DNA from: an uncultured Carnobacteriaceae bacterium
GTDB lineage: Bacteria > Bacillota > Bacilli > Lactobacillales > Aerococcaceae
DNA: 64,000 bases
Assembly: GCA_963814755.1 (NCBI GenBank)
Contig: CAWFEB010000006.1
Location: 7,995 to 71,994, forward strand
Direction: 5' to 3'
In this document: piece by piece, positions 1-9,187 of the stretch
Numbering within the stretch: the first letter of the stretch is position 1
Layout of the letters: each line of letters opens with the position of its first letter
Notes under the pieces: model-generated
What the model was told of the DNA's origin: nothing
What the model saw: the letters and a program-made list of their open reading frames with translations, nothing else
Database searches by the model: none
Translations under genes and position numbers: made by a program

Positions 1-1
1 G

Positions 2-874
2 CCGGTAAATCCTGGTCACCAGCTGAGCGGGCTCTCGGAGGAAGTTGCTGAGTTGCTGGGGCTGGCTGCGGATACACCCTTTATAGTTGGAGGGAATGAC
101 GGCTGCTTAGCCAACCTGGGTATGGGAGCGATCCGCGCGGGTACGGCAACAATCACGATCGGTACGAGTGGCGCGGTCCGGATGACAAGCGAAAAACCTT
201 ATGTAAGCCCGGAAGGACGTACATTCAGTTATATCCTGGATGAAAACCATTATGTGAACGGCGGCGCCGTCAACAATGGCGGAAACATCTTTGATTGGGC
301 CATCAAACAATTTGTGCCGGCGAACGTTGCTGATGAAGATCTCTATGACAAAGCGATGGAGATGATCGCAAACGTTGCGCCGGGAGCGGATGGATTGGTT
401 TTCCATCCTTATCTGAACGGAGAACGGGCGCCTTTGTGGAATGCGGATGCCAGAGGGAATTTCAGCGGCATCAACATGCTGCATACGAAAGAACATTTTT
501 TGCGCTCCGTTTTGGAGGGCATCTGCCTGAATCTGAAGGATGTGCTAGCGACGGTCATCTCGATGAACGGCGAACCAACAAAAATTATGGCCAGCGGGGG
601 CTTTTCGCGCTCGCTGGCTTGGCGCCAAATCTTGACGGATATCATCGGTATGCCGATCGAATTCCCGGAAACTTTTGAAAGTTCCTGTACGGGTGCCGCT
701 TTGATCACGCTGAAAAGCTTAGGCTTGGTGGAATCCATGGATGATGCGGAGGAAATGATGGGTGCATCGATCGAACATCAACCGAATGAAGAAAGCAAGT
801 CTGTTTATGCAGCGATGTTCCCTCGTTATCAAGAAATGAGCAAGTTGTTGCAGGAGTTCTATACCCAAAAATGA
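2..874 (+). CDS. gntK: FGGY-family sugar kinase, C-terminal part (gluconokinase-like); 5' end lies outside the window
   Basis: The frame is open from the window edge to TGA 872-874. The tail ASGGFSRSLAWRQILTDIIGMPIEFPETFESSCTGAAL fits the FGGY C-terminal domain as in Bacillus GntK. Confidence 0.7.
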   Translation, partial: PVNPGHQLSGLSEEVAELLGLAADTPFIVGGNDGCLANLGMGAIRAGTATITIGTSGAVRMTSEKPYVSPEGRTFSYILDENHYVNGGAVNNGGNIFDWAIKQFVPANVADEDLYDKAMEMIANVAPGADGLVFHPYLNGERAPLWNADARGNFSGINMLHTKEHFLRSVLEGICLNLKDVLATVISMNGEPTKIMASGGFSRSLAWRQILTDIIGMPIEFPETFESSCTGAALITLKSLGLVESMDDAEEMMGASIEHQPNEESKSVYAAMFPRYQEMSKLLQEFYTQK

Positions 875-888
875 AATTGAACCAAAAG

Positions 889-930
889 AAAAGACATAAT
901 CACTGAAAATCAGTGGCTATGTCTTTTTTA
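889..930. terminator. bidirectional intrinsic terminator between convergent gntK and gpx
   Basis: AAGACATA-at-CACTG aaaat CAGTG-gc-TATGTCTT hairpin, flanked by an A-run upstream and a T-run downstream. Confidence 0.75.
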
Positions 931-932
931 GT

Positions 933-1418
933 CTACTCGTTACTGATTGGTTGCTCCAAGGCGCTTTCGATCAGTTTCGTCATTTTCTTTGGCGTGGTGA
1001 TCGGTGCGAAACGTTTGATGACTTCGCCATCGCGGCCAATCAGGAATTTAGTGAAATTCCACTTGATGGCGCCGCCACCGGTCTGTTCAACAAGATATTT
1101 GTAGAGCGGATCAGCATTCTCTCCATTCACATCGATCTTATCGAAGATCGGGAAAGTGACACCGTAGTTGAGTCGGCAGAATTCAGCTGCTTCGGTGCCG
1201 TCCAATGGTTCTTGGTTATTGAACTGGTTTGATGGAAATCCTAGGACGACGAAATCCTTGTCTTTGTAATTCTCGTAAAGTTCCTCCAGTTCATCCAATT
1301 GACCCACTAAACCGCACTTGGATGCTGTATTGACGATGCAGATGACTTTTCCTTTGTACTGTTCCAATGGTACAGATGACTGATCTGTTTTTCTTACATG
1401 ATATTCATATATGGACAT
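933..1418 (-). CDS. gpx: glutathione peroxidase (Cys type)
   Basis: 161 aa with the NTASKCG catalytic Cys motif, plus the LGFPSNQF and WNFTKFL motifs. Confidence 0.9.
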   Translation of the reverse strand: MSIYEYHVRKTDQSSVPLEQYKGKVICIVNTASKCGLVGQLDELEELYENYKDKDFVVLGFPSNQFNNQEPLDGTEAAEFCRLNYGVTFPIFDKIDVNGENADPLYKYLVEQTGGGAIKWNFTKFLIGRDGEVIKRFAPITTPKKMTKLIESALEQPISNE

Positions 1419-1648
1419 ATCGAAGGACTCCTTTGGTTATGCTACTTATAGGTGTTAAAACATAGTATAAACAACAATGTAAAGGATTGCAAAAGAAAAG
1501 CCCCGGTAAAAATTGAAGGAGATATGACAGTTTGATGAGAAATGATGAAATTGTAACAGTAATTTCCATAAATGACTGTTTTTTTATTCTCGTTTGCTGT
1601 ATGATAGTTGAGTATTATAAATCGAATCTGGAGGGATTTTTTTTGGAC

Positions 1649-2617
1649 ATGTTTGAAGGCTTAAGCCAAAAAATCGTAGGAAAAAAAATAAAAATCGTTT
1701 TCCCGGAAGGCTTAGAACCAAGAATTTTAGGGGCAGTCGTTCGTCTTAAAGCGGAAGATTTAGTTGAACCAATCGTTATCGGAAATGTGGATGCAGTCAA
1801 AGAAGCTGCAAAAGGCCGCGGTTTCAGACTGAATGGTATCCAAATCATCGACCCAGCTGATTATGCTGAACTCGATGAAATGGTTGCATCTTTCGTCGAT
1901 CGCCGTAACGGTAAAGTCACTGAAGAACAAGCTAGAAAATTGTTGTTGGATGAGAATTATTTCGGAACAATGATGGTACACATGGGCTTAGCCGATGGTC
2001 TGGTGAGCGGTGCTGTTCACTCTACAGGTGATACTGTCCGTCCTGCGCTTCAAATCATCAAAACAAAACCAGGTGTAAGCCGTACAAGTGGTGCTTTCAT
2101 CATGCTCCGTGGTACTGAAAGATTCCTGTTCGCTGACTGCGCAATCAACATCAATCCAAATGCACAAGAACTTGCTGAAATCGCAGTGGAAAGTGCTAAA
2201 ACGGCTGAAATGTTCGAAATCCAACCAAACGTTGCTTTGATGAGCTTCTCAACAAAAGGCTCAGCAGCATCACCGGAAGTCGACAAAGTCGTGGAAGCTA
2301 CAAGAATCGCTAAAGAATTGGCGCCTCAATACAACATCGACGGCGAATTGCAATTTGATGCAGCCTTTTCTGAAGTAGTCGCTAAACAAAAAGCTCCTGG
2401 CTCAACTGTAGCTGGTCAAGCTAAAGTATTCATTTTCCCTGAAATCCAATCAGGAAACATCGGCTACAAGATCGCACAACGTTTCGGCGGGTTCGAAGCG
2501 GTAGGCCCAATCTTGCAAGGCTTGAACAAACCGATTTCCGATTTGTCACGCGGTTGTAACGAAGAAGATGTCTACAAAACAGCCATCATCACAGCAAACC
2601 AAACATTACTTGATTAA
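1649..2617 (+). CDS. pta: phosphate acetyltransferase
   Basis: ATG 1649 is preceded by GGAGGGA. Motifs: KIVFPEGLEPRILGA, AINPNAQELAEIA, SRGCNEEDVY. The in-frame extension back to 1532 has no RBS. Confidence 0.9.
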   Translation: MFEGLSQKIVGKKIKIVFPEGLEPRILGAVVRLKAEDLVEPIVIGNVDAVKEAAKGRGFRLNGIQIIDPADYAELDEMVASFVDRRNGKVTEEQARKLLLDENYFGTMMVHMGLADGLVSGAVHSTGDTVRPALQIIKTKPGVSRTSGAFIMLRGTERFLFADCAININPNAQELAEIAVESAKTAEMFEIQPNVALMSFSTKGSAASPEVDKVVEATRIAKELAPQYNIDGELQFDAAFSEVVAKQKAPGSTVAGQAKVFIFPEIQSGNIGYKIAQRFGGFEAVGPILQGLNKPISDLSRGCNEEDVYKTAIITANQTLLD

Positions 2618-2621
2618 TAAG

Positions 2622-2662
2622 AAAATGGAAAGCCTGGATCAAATCCGGCTTTCCATTTTTTA
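2622..2662 (+). terminator. intrinsic terminator after pta
   Basis: AAATGGAAAGCC / GGCTTTCCATTT stem followed by a T-run. Confidence 0.8.
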
Positions 2663-2771
2663 TTGTGCTTGAAAATGAGCCATCCGCAAAAAAAAGGTGC
2701 ATTCCGGAGTGAATATTCCTATAATAAGGAATGGAATAAAATAAATTGGTGAAGATGGGGGCAGATTCAGA

Positions 2772-3254
2772 ATGTTCACCTTACAAGCAAAGAATGAAGA
2801 AGAAACGATGTGGATAGCCGCGCAATTGGCGCAGCTATTGGAACCGAAAGATGTCATCCTCCTTGAGGGGAATTTGGGGGCCGGCAAAACCACCTTTACA
2901 AAAGGTCTGGCAAAGGGTTTGGGCATTGACACTGTTATAAAAAGCCCCACGTATACTTTAATCAGAGAGTACACAAAGGGCAGGTTGCCGCTGTACCATA
3001 TGGATGTCTATCGTTTGGAGGATGTCGGCGGCGATGATCTGGGGTTCGAAGAATATCTCTACGGGAATGGCGTTTCCGTTATCGAATGGGCCAAGTTCAT
3101 CGAAGAAGAATTGCCGGATGCATATTTGACGATCCGCTTGGTTCCTACCGGGGAATTTTATGAAAACCGGGAAATCACTTTTCTGCCGACCGGCGAACGT
3201 TATGACGCTTTGGTCGAAACACTACAGGGAATACTCACGAAAGAAGGACAATAG
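2772..3254 (+). CDS. tsaE: tRNA t6A37 biosynthesis ATPase TsaE
   Basis: 160 aa with P-loop GNLGAGKTTFTKGLAKGLG and SPTYTLIREY...LYHMDVYRL, as in the YjeE/TsaE family. Confidence 0.85.
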   Translation: MFTLQAKNEEETMWIAAQLAQLLEPKDVILLEGNLGAGKTTFTKGLAKGLGIDTVIKSPTYTLIREYTKGRLPLYHMDVYRLEDVGGDDLGFEEYLYGNGVSVIEWAKFIEEELPDAYLTIRLVPTGEFYENREITFLPTGERYDALVETLQGILTKEGQ

Positions 3255-3255
3255 C

Positions 3256-3786
3256 ATGCGCAAAAGAGAGAAAGTCGAAATCATGATCCGGGAAGCCATC
3301 CCGGCCGATGCAAAGGACATTATCGCCTTCAGCAGAAAAACCGGTGCCGAAACGCCTTATTTGGCATATGGGGCTGAAGGTTTGGAATTGTCCGAAGCCT
3401 TCGAAGAATTATATCTGGAAGATTTGATGGAGAAAGACAACAATGTGATGCTGATTGCGACGATAAACAACAAACAATTGATCGGTTTGGCGTCCGTAGG
3501 GGCAACAGACAAACCGAAGCTTAGGCATGTAGGAGAAGTCGGTATCACCGTCGAGAAGGATTATTGGGGATTCGGAATCGGCTCGGTTCTGATGGAAGAA
3601 ATCGAAACATGGGCAATCGAGAGCGGCGTGATCCGCCGCTTGGAGTTGACAGTACATGGAGAAAACGAACGGGCCATCCATCTCTATGAGAAAATGGGTT
3701 ATCAGCAAGAAGCGGTGATGCCGCGTGCCATGCTGATCGATGGGGAATTTATCGATGGCGTATTGATGAGTCTGATGATCGATTAG
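3256..3786 (+). CDS. GNAT family N-acetyltransferase
   Basis: ATG 3256 lies 2 nt after the tsaE stop. The acetyl-CoA motif region is VEKDYWGFGIGSVLMEEIETWA, followed by AIHLYEKMGY. Confidence 0.8.
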   Translation: MRKREKVEIMIREAIPADAKDIIAFSRKTGAETPYLAYGAEGLELSEAFEELYLEDLMEKDNNVMLIATINNKQLIGLASVGATDKPKLRHVGEVGITVEKDYWGFGIGSVLMEEIETWAIESGVIRRLELTVHGENERAIHLYEKMGYQQEAVMPRAMLIDGEFIDGVLMSLMID

Positions 3787-3856
3787 CGTACAGGGACAGA
3801 ATGACGTTTTAGGCAAAAAAAGTTGAAATTTTTTTGTTTAAATCGGCATTTCCTAC

Positions 3857-3885
3857 TTGACGTGTTAGCGCTTACATGTTATTAT
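3857..3885 (+). promoter_or_regulatory. sigma-A type promoter (TTGACG-17-TATTAT)
   Basis: The -35 hexamer is at 3857-3862, with a 17-nt spacer and the -10 hexamer at 3880-3885. Confidence 0.55.
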
Positions 3886-3891
3886 AACTAT

Positions 3892-4261
3892 ACAAAGAGA
3901 AACATACTAAGTTAAACAAAGAAACACAAAAGAGTATGCTACTCTTTCAGGGAAATCCTTCAAAAAGATTTTCCGGTTAACAGCTTTTCAGTTAAGCTGT
4001 TAATGCAAAGTCTTAGATGGTTCGGAATTTGTGTTCTAGATGCATTTCTAAGACATGAAAACTTGAACCATTCTAAGATTAATAAACAGTAGATTTCATT
4101 CAAGCAGCTAGAAGCGAAAGCTTACATGACTTGCCTGAAAGACAAGCATAACTAGTATTGAAAAGTTCGTAGATCATTAAGATTGAACAATCAATGAAGC
4201 GAGGATGAGACTACTGATTTAGGAGGAAGTGTTCCGATTGTTGGAGCACTTCCTTTTTTTG
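3892..4261 (+). ncRNA. candidate structured non-coding RNA of unknown class (about 370 nt)
   Basis: Bounded by the promoter above and a 12-bp-stem/T7 terminator at 4224-4261. No SD-preceded ORF. Perfect hairpins at 3929-3947 and 3977-4003, and a long-range helix at 4011-4023/4065-4078. Confidence 0.45.
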
Positions 4262-4372
4262 CGTCGCTCGGGAAAGGACGTTATTTTACTGTTTATAAAA
4301 ATTTGCATATATGAAGAAATAAATTATTGCACACAAATGACTTGCATCAACTAAATCTTTACGTTATCCTTT

Positions 4373-4393
4373 AAAACGTAATCGTTACGATTT
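4373..4393 (+). promoter_or_regulatory. Zur-box-like operator
   Basis: AAAACGTAATCGTTACGATTT closely matches the Bacillus Zur box AAATCGTAATNATTACGATTT. It lies 60 nt upstream of the zinc-binding lipoprotein start. Confidence 0.6.
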
Positions 4394-4454
4394 GCAACAA
4401 GAAATTATTATCCGAATTCGGATAGGCCATAAAGAGAAAACGGGGGAAAAACAA

Positions 4455-5423
4455 ATGAATAAAAAAAAGAGTATGAAGTGGGCGTTGTCTCTATTGGGGA
4501 CAGCAACACTATTGGCTGGTTGCGGAGCAGCCGAGAGCACAACAGAAAATACGGAGTCGGACAAGCTGCAGGTTGTCACGACCTTTTATCCGATGTACGA
4601 TTTTACGAAACAGGTCGCGCGAGACGATGCCGACGTGAGCCTGCTTTTGGAAGCCGGAATGGAAGTCCATTCCTTTGAGCCCTCGAGCCAGATGATCGCG
4701 GAAATCCAGGATGCGGATGTTTTCATCTACAATAGTCCTGAGATGGAGACGTGGGTGCCGGATGTGCTGGCGTCCATCGATACTTCGGATATGGTTGTCA
4801 TATGTGCAAGTGAAGCGATCACTCTGTTGGAGTATGAAGGCGAGGCACACGCGCATGAGCACGAATCAGAGGAAGAAGATGCGGAGAGCGGACATACCCA
4901 TACCGTTGATCCACACGTATGGTTGGACCCTGTGTTGGCTCAGACGGAGGTTACGACGATTGCAAAAGGATTGGCTGAAGCGGATGCAGATCATGCTGAA
5001 AATTATTTAAAAAATGCCGAAGCGTATAACGGGCAACTGATTGAGTTGGATGAAGCCTATCGGGCTGCTTTTGAGGGAGCGGAAAACCGCACTTTCGTGA
5101 CGCAACATGCTGCTTTCGCTTATTTGGCGGCCCGCTATGATCTTAATCAGATTTCCGTGACGGGTCTGAATGCCGAGATTGAACCGAGCGCGGCAGCTTT
5201 GGCCACACTTTCCGATTACGTGAAAGCCAACAATATTTCGCACATTTATTTTGAGAACAATGCTTCTTCACAGACCGCGGAGACGCTTGCGGAAGAGGTT
5301 GGCGTGGAATTGGCGGTATTGAGTCCTCTCGAAGGGATCACCGAAGAGGACCAGGAAAGTGGTTCGGATTATATTTCGGTCATGCTGGATAATCTTGAGG
5401 CATTGAAGAAAAGTATCAACTGA
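4455..5423 (+). CDS. znuA: zinc ABC transporter substrate-binding lipoprotein (ZnuA/AdcA family)
   Basis: ATG 4455 follows GGGGGA. The signal peptide carries lipobox LLAGC. A His/acid-rich loop (EGEAHAHEHESEEEDAESGHTHTVDPH) and the DPHVWLDP motif are present. Confidence 0.85.
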   Translation: MNKKKSMKWALSLLGTATLLAGCGAAESTTENTESDKLQVVTTFYPMYDFTKQVARDDADVSLLLEAGMEVHSFEPSSQMIAEIQDADVFIYNSPEMETWVPDVLASIDTSDMVVICASEAITLLEYEGEAHAHEHESEEEDAESGHTHTVDPHVWLDPVLAQTEVTTIAKGLAEADADHAENYLKNAEAYNGQLIELDEAYRAAFEGAENRTFVTQHAAFAYLAARYDLNQISVTGLNAEIEPSAAALATLSDYVKANNISHIYFENNASSQTAETLAEEVGVELAVLSPLEGITEEDQESGSDYISVMLDNLEALKKSIN

Positions 5424-5605
5424 TCCAGAAGTGTTATTGTTCCTCCTTGTGGCGTTTGCGTGCTATGATTTGGTTGAGATGAGACAACAGAACAATCGCA
5501 AAATGACTTAGTTGAGAAAACAGTCGAGCCAAGCGTAATTTCAGTCGAATAGCACGCTCTTGTTTCAGTCAATGGGAAGGTATTGTCGGACAAGGAGGGA
5601 ACATT

Positions 5606-6259
5606 ATGATTTTTAACGATCGGAAAGAAGCCGGCATGCTGCTGGCCGATGCTTTGGAGAAGTACCGAGGAGAAGATATCGTCGTATTTGCTTTGCCGCG
5701 AGGGGGAGTGCCTTTGGGCGTGGAGATTGCCAAGAAATTGGCGGCACCGCTTGATCTGCTTATCACGAAAAAAATCGGGCACCCGTTCAATCCTGAATAT
5801 GCCATCGGGGCCATCACAGAGGATGCGGACCCAATCTTCAATCCGGGCGAGCATGGGGTGTTGGACCAGAATTGGCTGGAATGGGAGCTGAAGCGGCTTC
5901 GCCAGGAAATCAAAAGGCGCAGGGAAACGTACGTCGGGGCAGCGAACATCCAATCCCTCGAAGGCAAAACGGCCATCATCGTGGACGACGGCATCGCGAC
6001 CGGCTTCACGATGTTCGCCTCGATAGCAGCACTCAAAAAGCGGAATCCGAAACGCATCATCGTGGCGGTTCCGGTCACGCCGGAGGATACGGCGAAAAAG
6101 ATGGACAAAATGGTGGATGCAGTCGTCGCCTTGGAGCGGACCGATGACTATCTCGGCGCTGTGGGCGCCTATTATGTCCGTTTCGATCAGCTCGACGACG
6201 CGGAAGTCGTCGCCTTGCTCCGAAGCATGAATGTGAAGGAGGGGAAGACGGATGAGTGA
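5606..6259 (+). CDS. phosphoribosyltransferase-family protein
   Basis: 217 aa with a PRPP-binding loop TAIIVDDGIATGFT and an N-terminal FALPRGGVPLG motif. Confidence 0.75.
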   Translation: MIFNDRKEAGMLLADALEKYRGEDIVVFALPRGGVPLGVEIAKKLAAPLDLLITKKIGHPFNPEYAIGAITEDADPIFNPGEHGVLDQNWLEWELKRLRQEIKRRRETYVGAANIQSLEGKTAIIVDDGIATGFTMFASIAALKKRNPKRIIVAVPVTPEDTAKKMDKMVDAVVALERTDDYLGAVGAYYVRFDQLDDAEVVALLRSMNVKEGKTDE

Positions 6260-6896
6260 TCCGGAAAAGGCAGTGCAGATAACTGGTGATGGTGTCATAT
6301 TGAATGGTGATCTTGTTTTGCACAAAGATACGAAAGGACTCGTCATTTTTGCCCATGGCAGCGGGAGCAGCCGACACAGTGTGCGCAACAAATATGTGGC
6401 CAGTGTGCTGCGGGCGCATGGTTTGTCGACCCTGTTGCTGGATTTGTTGACGGAGGCGGAGAGCGAATGGACCGACAAACGTTTCGACATCGATTTGTTG
6501 GCCCAACGGTTGACGCTTGCGGAAAGCTGGGTAAAGCAGCAGGCTGAAACAAAACAGTTACCGCTCGGGTATTTTGGATCCAGCACCGGCGCGGCTGCCG
6601 CTTTGCAATCGGCCGCTGTGTTGGGAGATGGAATCAAGGCCGTCGTATCGCGGGGCGGTCGGCCGGATTTGGCCAAAGCATATTTGGCTAAGGTCACAGC
6701 CCCGACGCTCTTGCTGGTCGGCGGCTATGATGACGGGGTGATCGAACTGAATGAGCAAGCCTACGCGTTGCTGAACTGCGAGAAGGAAATGACCATCATT
6801 CCGGGAGCAACCCATCTGTTTGAAGAAGCCGGCACGCTGGAACAGGTCGCCGAGTTGGCTGCGCAATGGTTCGTGAAGCAGTTTCCGGAAAAATAA
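6252..6896 (+). CDS. alpha/beta hydrolase (dienelactone hydrolase-like)
   Basis: 214 aa. The start overlaps the upstream stop by 8 nt. Contains VIFAHGSGSSRHS and GYFGSSTGAAAAL (nucleophile elbow-like). Confidence 0.7.
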   Translation: MSDPEKAVQITGDGVILNGDLVLHKDTKGLVIFAHGSGSSRHSVRNKYVASVLRAHGLSTLLLDLLTEAESEWTDKRFDIDLLAQRLTLAESWVKQQAETKQLPLGYFGSSTGAAAALQSAAVLGDGIKAVVSRGGRPDLAKAYLAKVTAPTLLLVGGYDDGVIELNEQAYALLNCEKEMTIIPGATHLFEEAGTLEQVAELAAQWFVKQFPEK

Positions 6897-6907
6897 GGCT
6901 GGATAAC

Positions 6908-6960
6908 AAAAATAAGCAGGACCCCTTTCATATAATAGGGCTGTCATGCTTATTTTTTAT
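6908..6960. terminator. bidirectional terminator between convergent hydrolase and SDR genes
   Basis: AATAAGCAGGAC ... GTCATGCTTATT stem, flanked by an A-run and a T-run. Confidence 0.65.
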
Positions 6961-6997
6961 GGGAACTTCAGCTTGCGCTTGCTCTCGACAACGTCGA

Positions 6998-7783
6998 TCA
7001 CTTGGTTTCGGGATTGTAGGTCCAACCGTGGTCATTGTGGTAAATCATCAGCTTTGACATCCCGCCATCGACAGTGAAATTCTGTCCGGTGATGAAGCCG
7101 GCTGCGTCACTGCAGAGGAAGCGGATTGTCTGTACGATGTCCTCGGGTACGCCGACGCGGCCGACAGGGTGCTGCAGGAGATCTGCGGCATCGTAGTCCG
7201 GCTGATAATCCTCATCTTTATGGAAGGAACCCGTGTCAATCCAACCTGGGCTGATGGAATTGACGCGGGCTTTTCCAGCCAACGAAATGCTGAGCGCATG
7301 CGTCAAAGCAAGGATGCCGCCTTTAGCTGCCGAATAACTTTCGGTGTCCTCTTGCGACATGAAACCGCGGCTTGATGCGATGTTCACGACCGAAGCGCCA
7401 GCTGTGAACGCCGGCAAAAGCAAACTCGTCAACAGGTACGGCGCCGTGACGCCCAAAGCAAGCACGTAATTGAAGTCCTGGTAGGAACATTCCGACAGGA
7501 TCCCCTTTTTGCTGATGCAGGCGTTGTTCACCAGATAATCGACTTTGCCGAAGCGTTGCTTGACGGCTTCCGCAAAAGCGTGAAGGGCAGCTTCCTCCGC
7601 GATGTCCCCTTGATGGAAATACACATCCTTCGTTGCGAAACGGGAAACGATCTTTTCGCCGGCTTCCTTATCTGTGTCCACGAATGCGACAACGGCACCT
7701 GCTGTCAAAAAAGATTCCACAGTGGCTCGGCCGATGCCGTTCGCTCCGCCGGTCACCACGACCACACGATTTTGAAAATCCAT
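6998..7783 (-). CDS. SDR family oxidoreductase
   Basis: 261 aa with the TGGANGIG cofactor motif, NNAC, and the catalytic YSAAK. Confidence 0.85.
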   Translation of the reverse strand: MDFQNRVVVVTGGANGIGRATVESFLTAGAVVAFVDTDKEAGEKIVSRFATKDVYFHQGDIAEEAALHAFAEAVKQRFGKVDYLVNNACISKKGILSECSYQDFNYVLALGVTAPYLLTSLLLPAFTAGASVVNIASSRGFMSQEDTESYSAAKGGILALTHALSISLAGKARVNSISPGWIDTGSFHKDEDYQPDYDAADLLQHPVGRVGVPEDIVQTIRFLCSDAAGFITGQNFTVDGGMSKLMIYHNDHGWTYNPETK

Positions 7784-7826
7784 ATTCCATTCCTCCTGAC
7801 TGGTTGATGCTTCAAATATTTCGCGA

Positions 7827-8588
7827 CTACAGCGAAAGCCTCAGTGATACCGGGCAATGGTCGCTGCCGAAGATATTTTCATGGATATCCGCGTCGACCA
7901 AAGCATCCTTCAAAGCTTCCGATACAAGGAAATAGTCGATCCGCCAGCCTGCATTGTTTTTGCGGGCGTTGAAGCGGTAGCTCCACCAGGAATATCTCCC
8001 TTCCGCATCCGGATGAAAGTAGCGGAAGGTATCGATGAATCCGTTGGCGACAACTTCGCTGAACTTGGCGCGTTCCTCGTCCGAAAAGCCTGCGTTCTTG
8101 CGGTTCGTTTTCCAATTTTTCAGATCGATGTTTTCGTGGGCAACGTTAAGGTCTCCGCAGACGACAACCGGTTTTTCAGACTCCAGCCCTTTCAGATAAG
8201 CCAGAAAGGTAGTCTCCCAATCCATCCGGTAGTCCAACCGCTTCAGTTGCTCTTGGGAATTGGGCGTGTAGACAGTGACCAGGTAGAAGCCGGCATACTC
8301 CAAGGTGATGACGCGGCCTTCCGAATCATGTTCGGCAGCGCCTATGCCCAACCGGACAGAAAGCGGTGTATGCTTTGTGAATATGGCCGTACCGGAATAG
8401 CCTTTGCGCTCCGCGTAATTCCAGTAGGATTCATACCCGGGGAACGCAAGATCGATCTGGCCTTCCTGCAATTTCGTTTCCTGCAGACAGAAGAAATCGG
8501 CATCGAAGTCCGAAAAAATATCCGCAAAATTTTTATTTACGATGGCCCGCAAGCCGTTGACGTTCCATGAGACAAATTTCAGATCCAT
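7827..8588 (-). CDS. exoA: exodeoxyribonuclease III
   Basis: The start at ATG 8588 gives [22 protein letters not shown] and SDHCPV motifs are present. The longer ORF back to 8672 overlaps the upstream gene. Confidence 0.9.
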   Translation of the reverse strand: MDLKFVSWNVNGLRAIVNKNFADIFSDFDADFFCLQETKLQEGQIDLAFPGYESYWNYAERKGYSGTAIFTKHTPLSVRLGIGAAEHDSEGRVITLEYAGFYLVTVYTPNSQEQLKRLDYRMDWETTFLAYLKGLESEKPVVVCGDLNVAHENIDLKNWKTNRKNAGFSDEERAKFSEVVANGFIDTFRYFHPDAEGRYSWWSYRFNARKNNAGWRIDYFLVSEALKDALVDADIHENIFGSDHCPVSLRLSL

Positions 8589-8602
8589 TATGTTCACCTG
8601 CC

Positions 8603-8851
8603 TTAACGCAACGCAATCGTATAGTAAAGGAACAGGATAAAGAGAAAGAGATTGATGGCGGCCAGTGTCCACTTCATTTTAGGCTCGGAGATGTTCAGCG
8701 CAAAAATCGTTCCGACAATCGGCAAAAACAGCGCCAATATCAACGAGGTAGTGGATACGGAGCCGGGATCTTTGGTAGTGAAGAGGTAAAGAGGGTAAAG
8801 GATGGACAATAGTGTGAATGTTATTCCGTTTCTGGTTTGTTTCGGTTGCAT
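8603..8851 (-). CDS. small hydrophobic membrane protein (82 aa, about 3 TM)
   Basis: A strong AGGAGG lies 7 nt upstream of the ATG. The sequence is hydrophobic throughout. I recognise no family. Confidence 0.6.
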   Translation of the reverse strand: MQPKQTRNGITFTLLSILYPLYLFTTKDPGSVSTTSLILALFLPIVGTIFALNISEPKMKWTLAAINLFLFILFLYYTIALR

Positions 8852-9187
8852 AAAGCAGCCTCCTTTTTCTGTTATCTGTAATATTTTACCATACCTATGC
8901 GCTTGGCTCGCAAGGAATAGGGCCGGAATTCGTGTCCAAAAAATGAAAAAGGATTCTTTCCGGCAGACAGATATCTAACAAAGCTATTTCAAATTGATTA
9001 AATTGTAAATTTTTTCATAAACTTGTGTTAAAATAGCATGAACAGGTGCGGAAATGCTTTTGATTAAAAAAGGATTAATATTTGGTTAAACAAATATAAT
9101 TAATCGCTGCCGCTTACTTATTTGATACAAATCCGCATCAAGTGATGTTAGAATGGACTACATAAATAAAATTAGTGGGTGAAATGC

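Noticed and set aside
1532-1648. N-terminal extensions of several track ORFs (pta from 1532, exoA to 8672, SBP from 23731, speA from 40549, gcvT from 58582, tocopherol-cyclase-like from 51775)
   Set aside because: The internal starts have proper Shine-Dalgarno spacing and give N-termini colinear with the known families. The extensions run through promoters, terminators or neighbouring genes.
5369-6697. 442-aa ORF on the minus strand
   Set aside because: It is antisense to two well-supported plus-strand genes (PRTase, hydrolase), is low-complexity and Arg/Ser/Pro-rich, and has no RBS. It is a shadow ORF.
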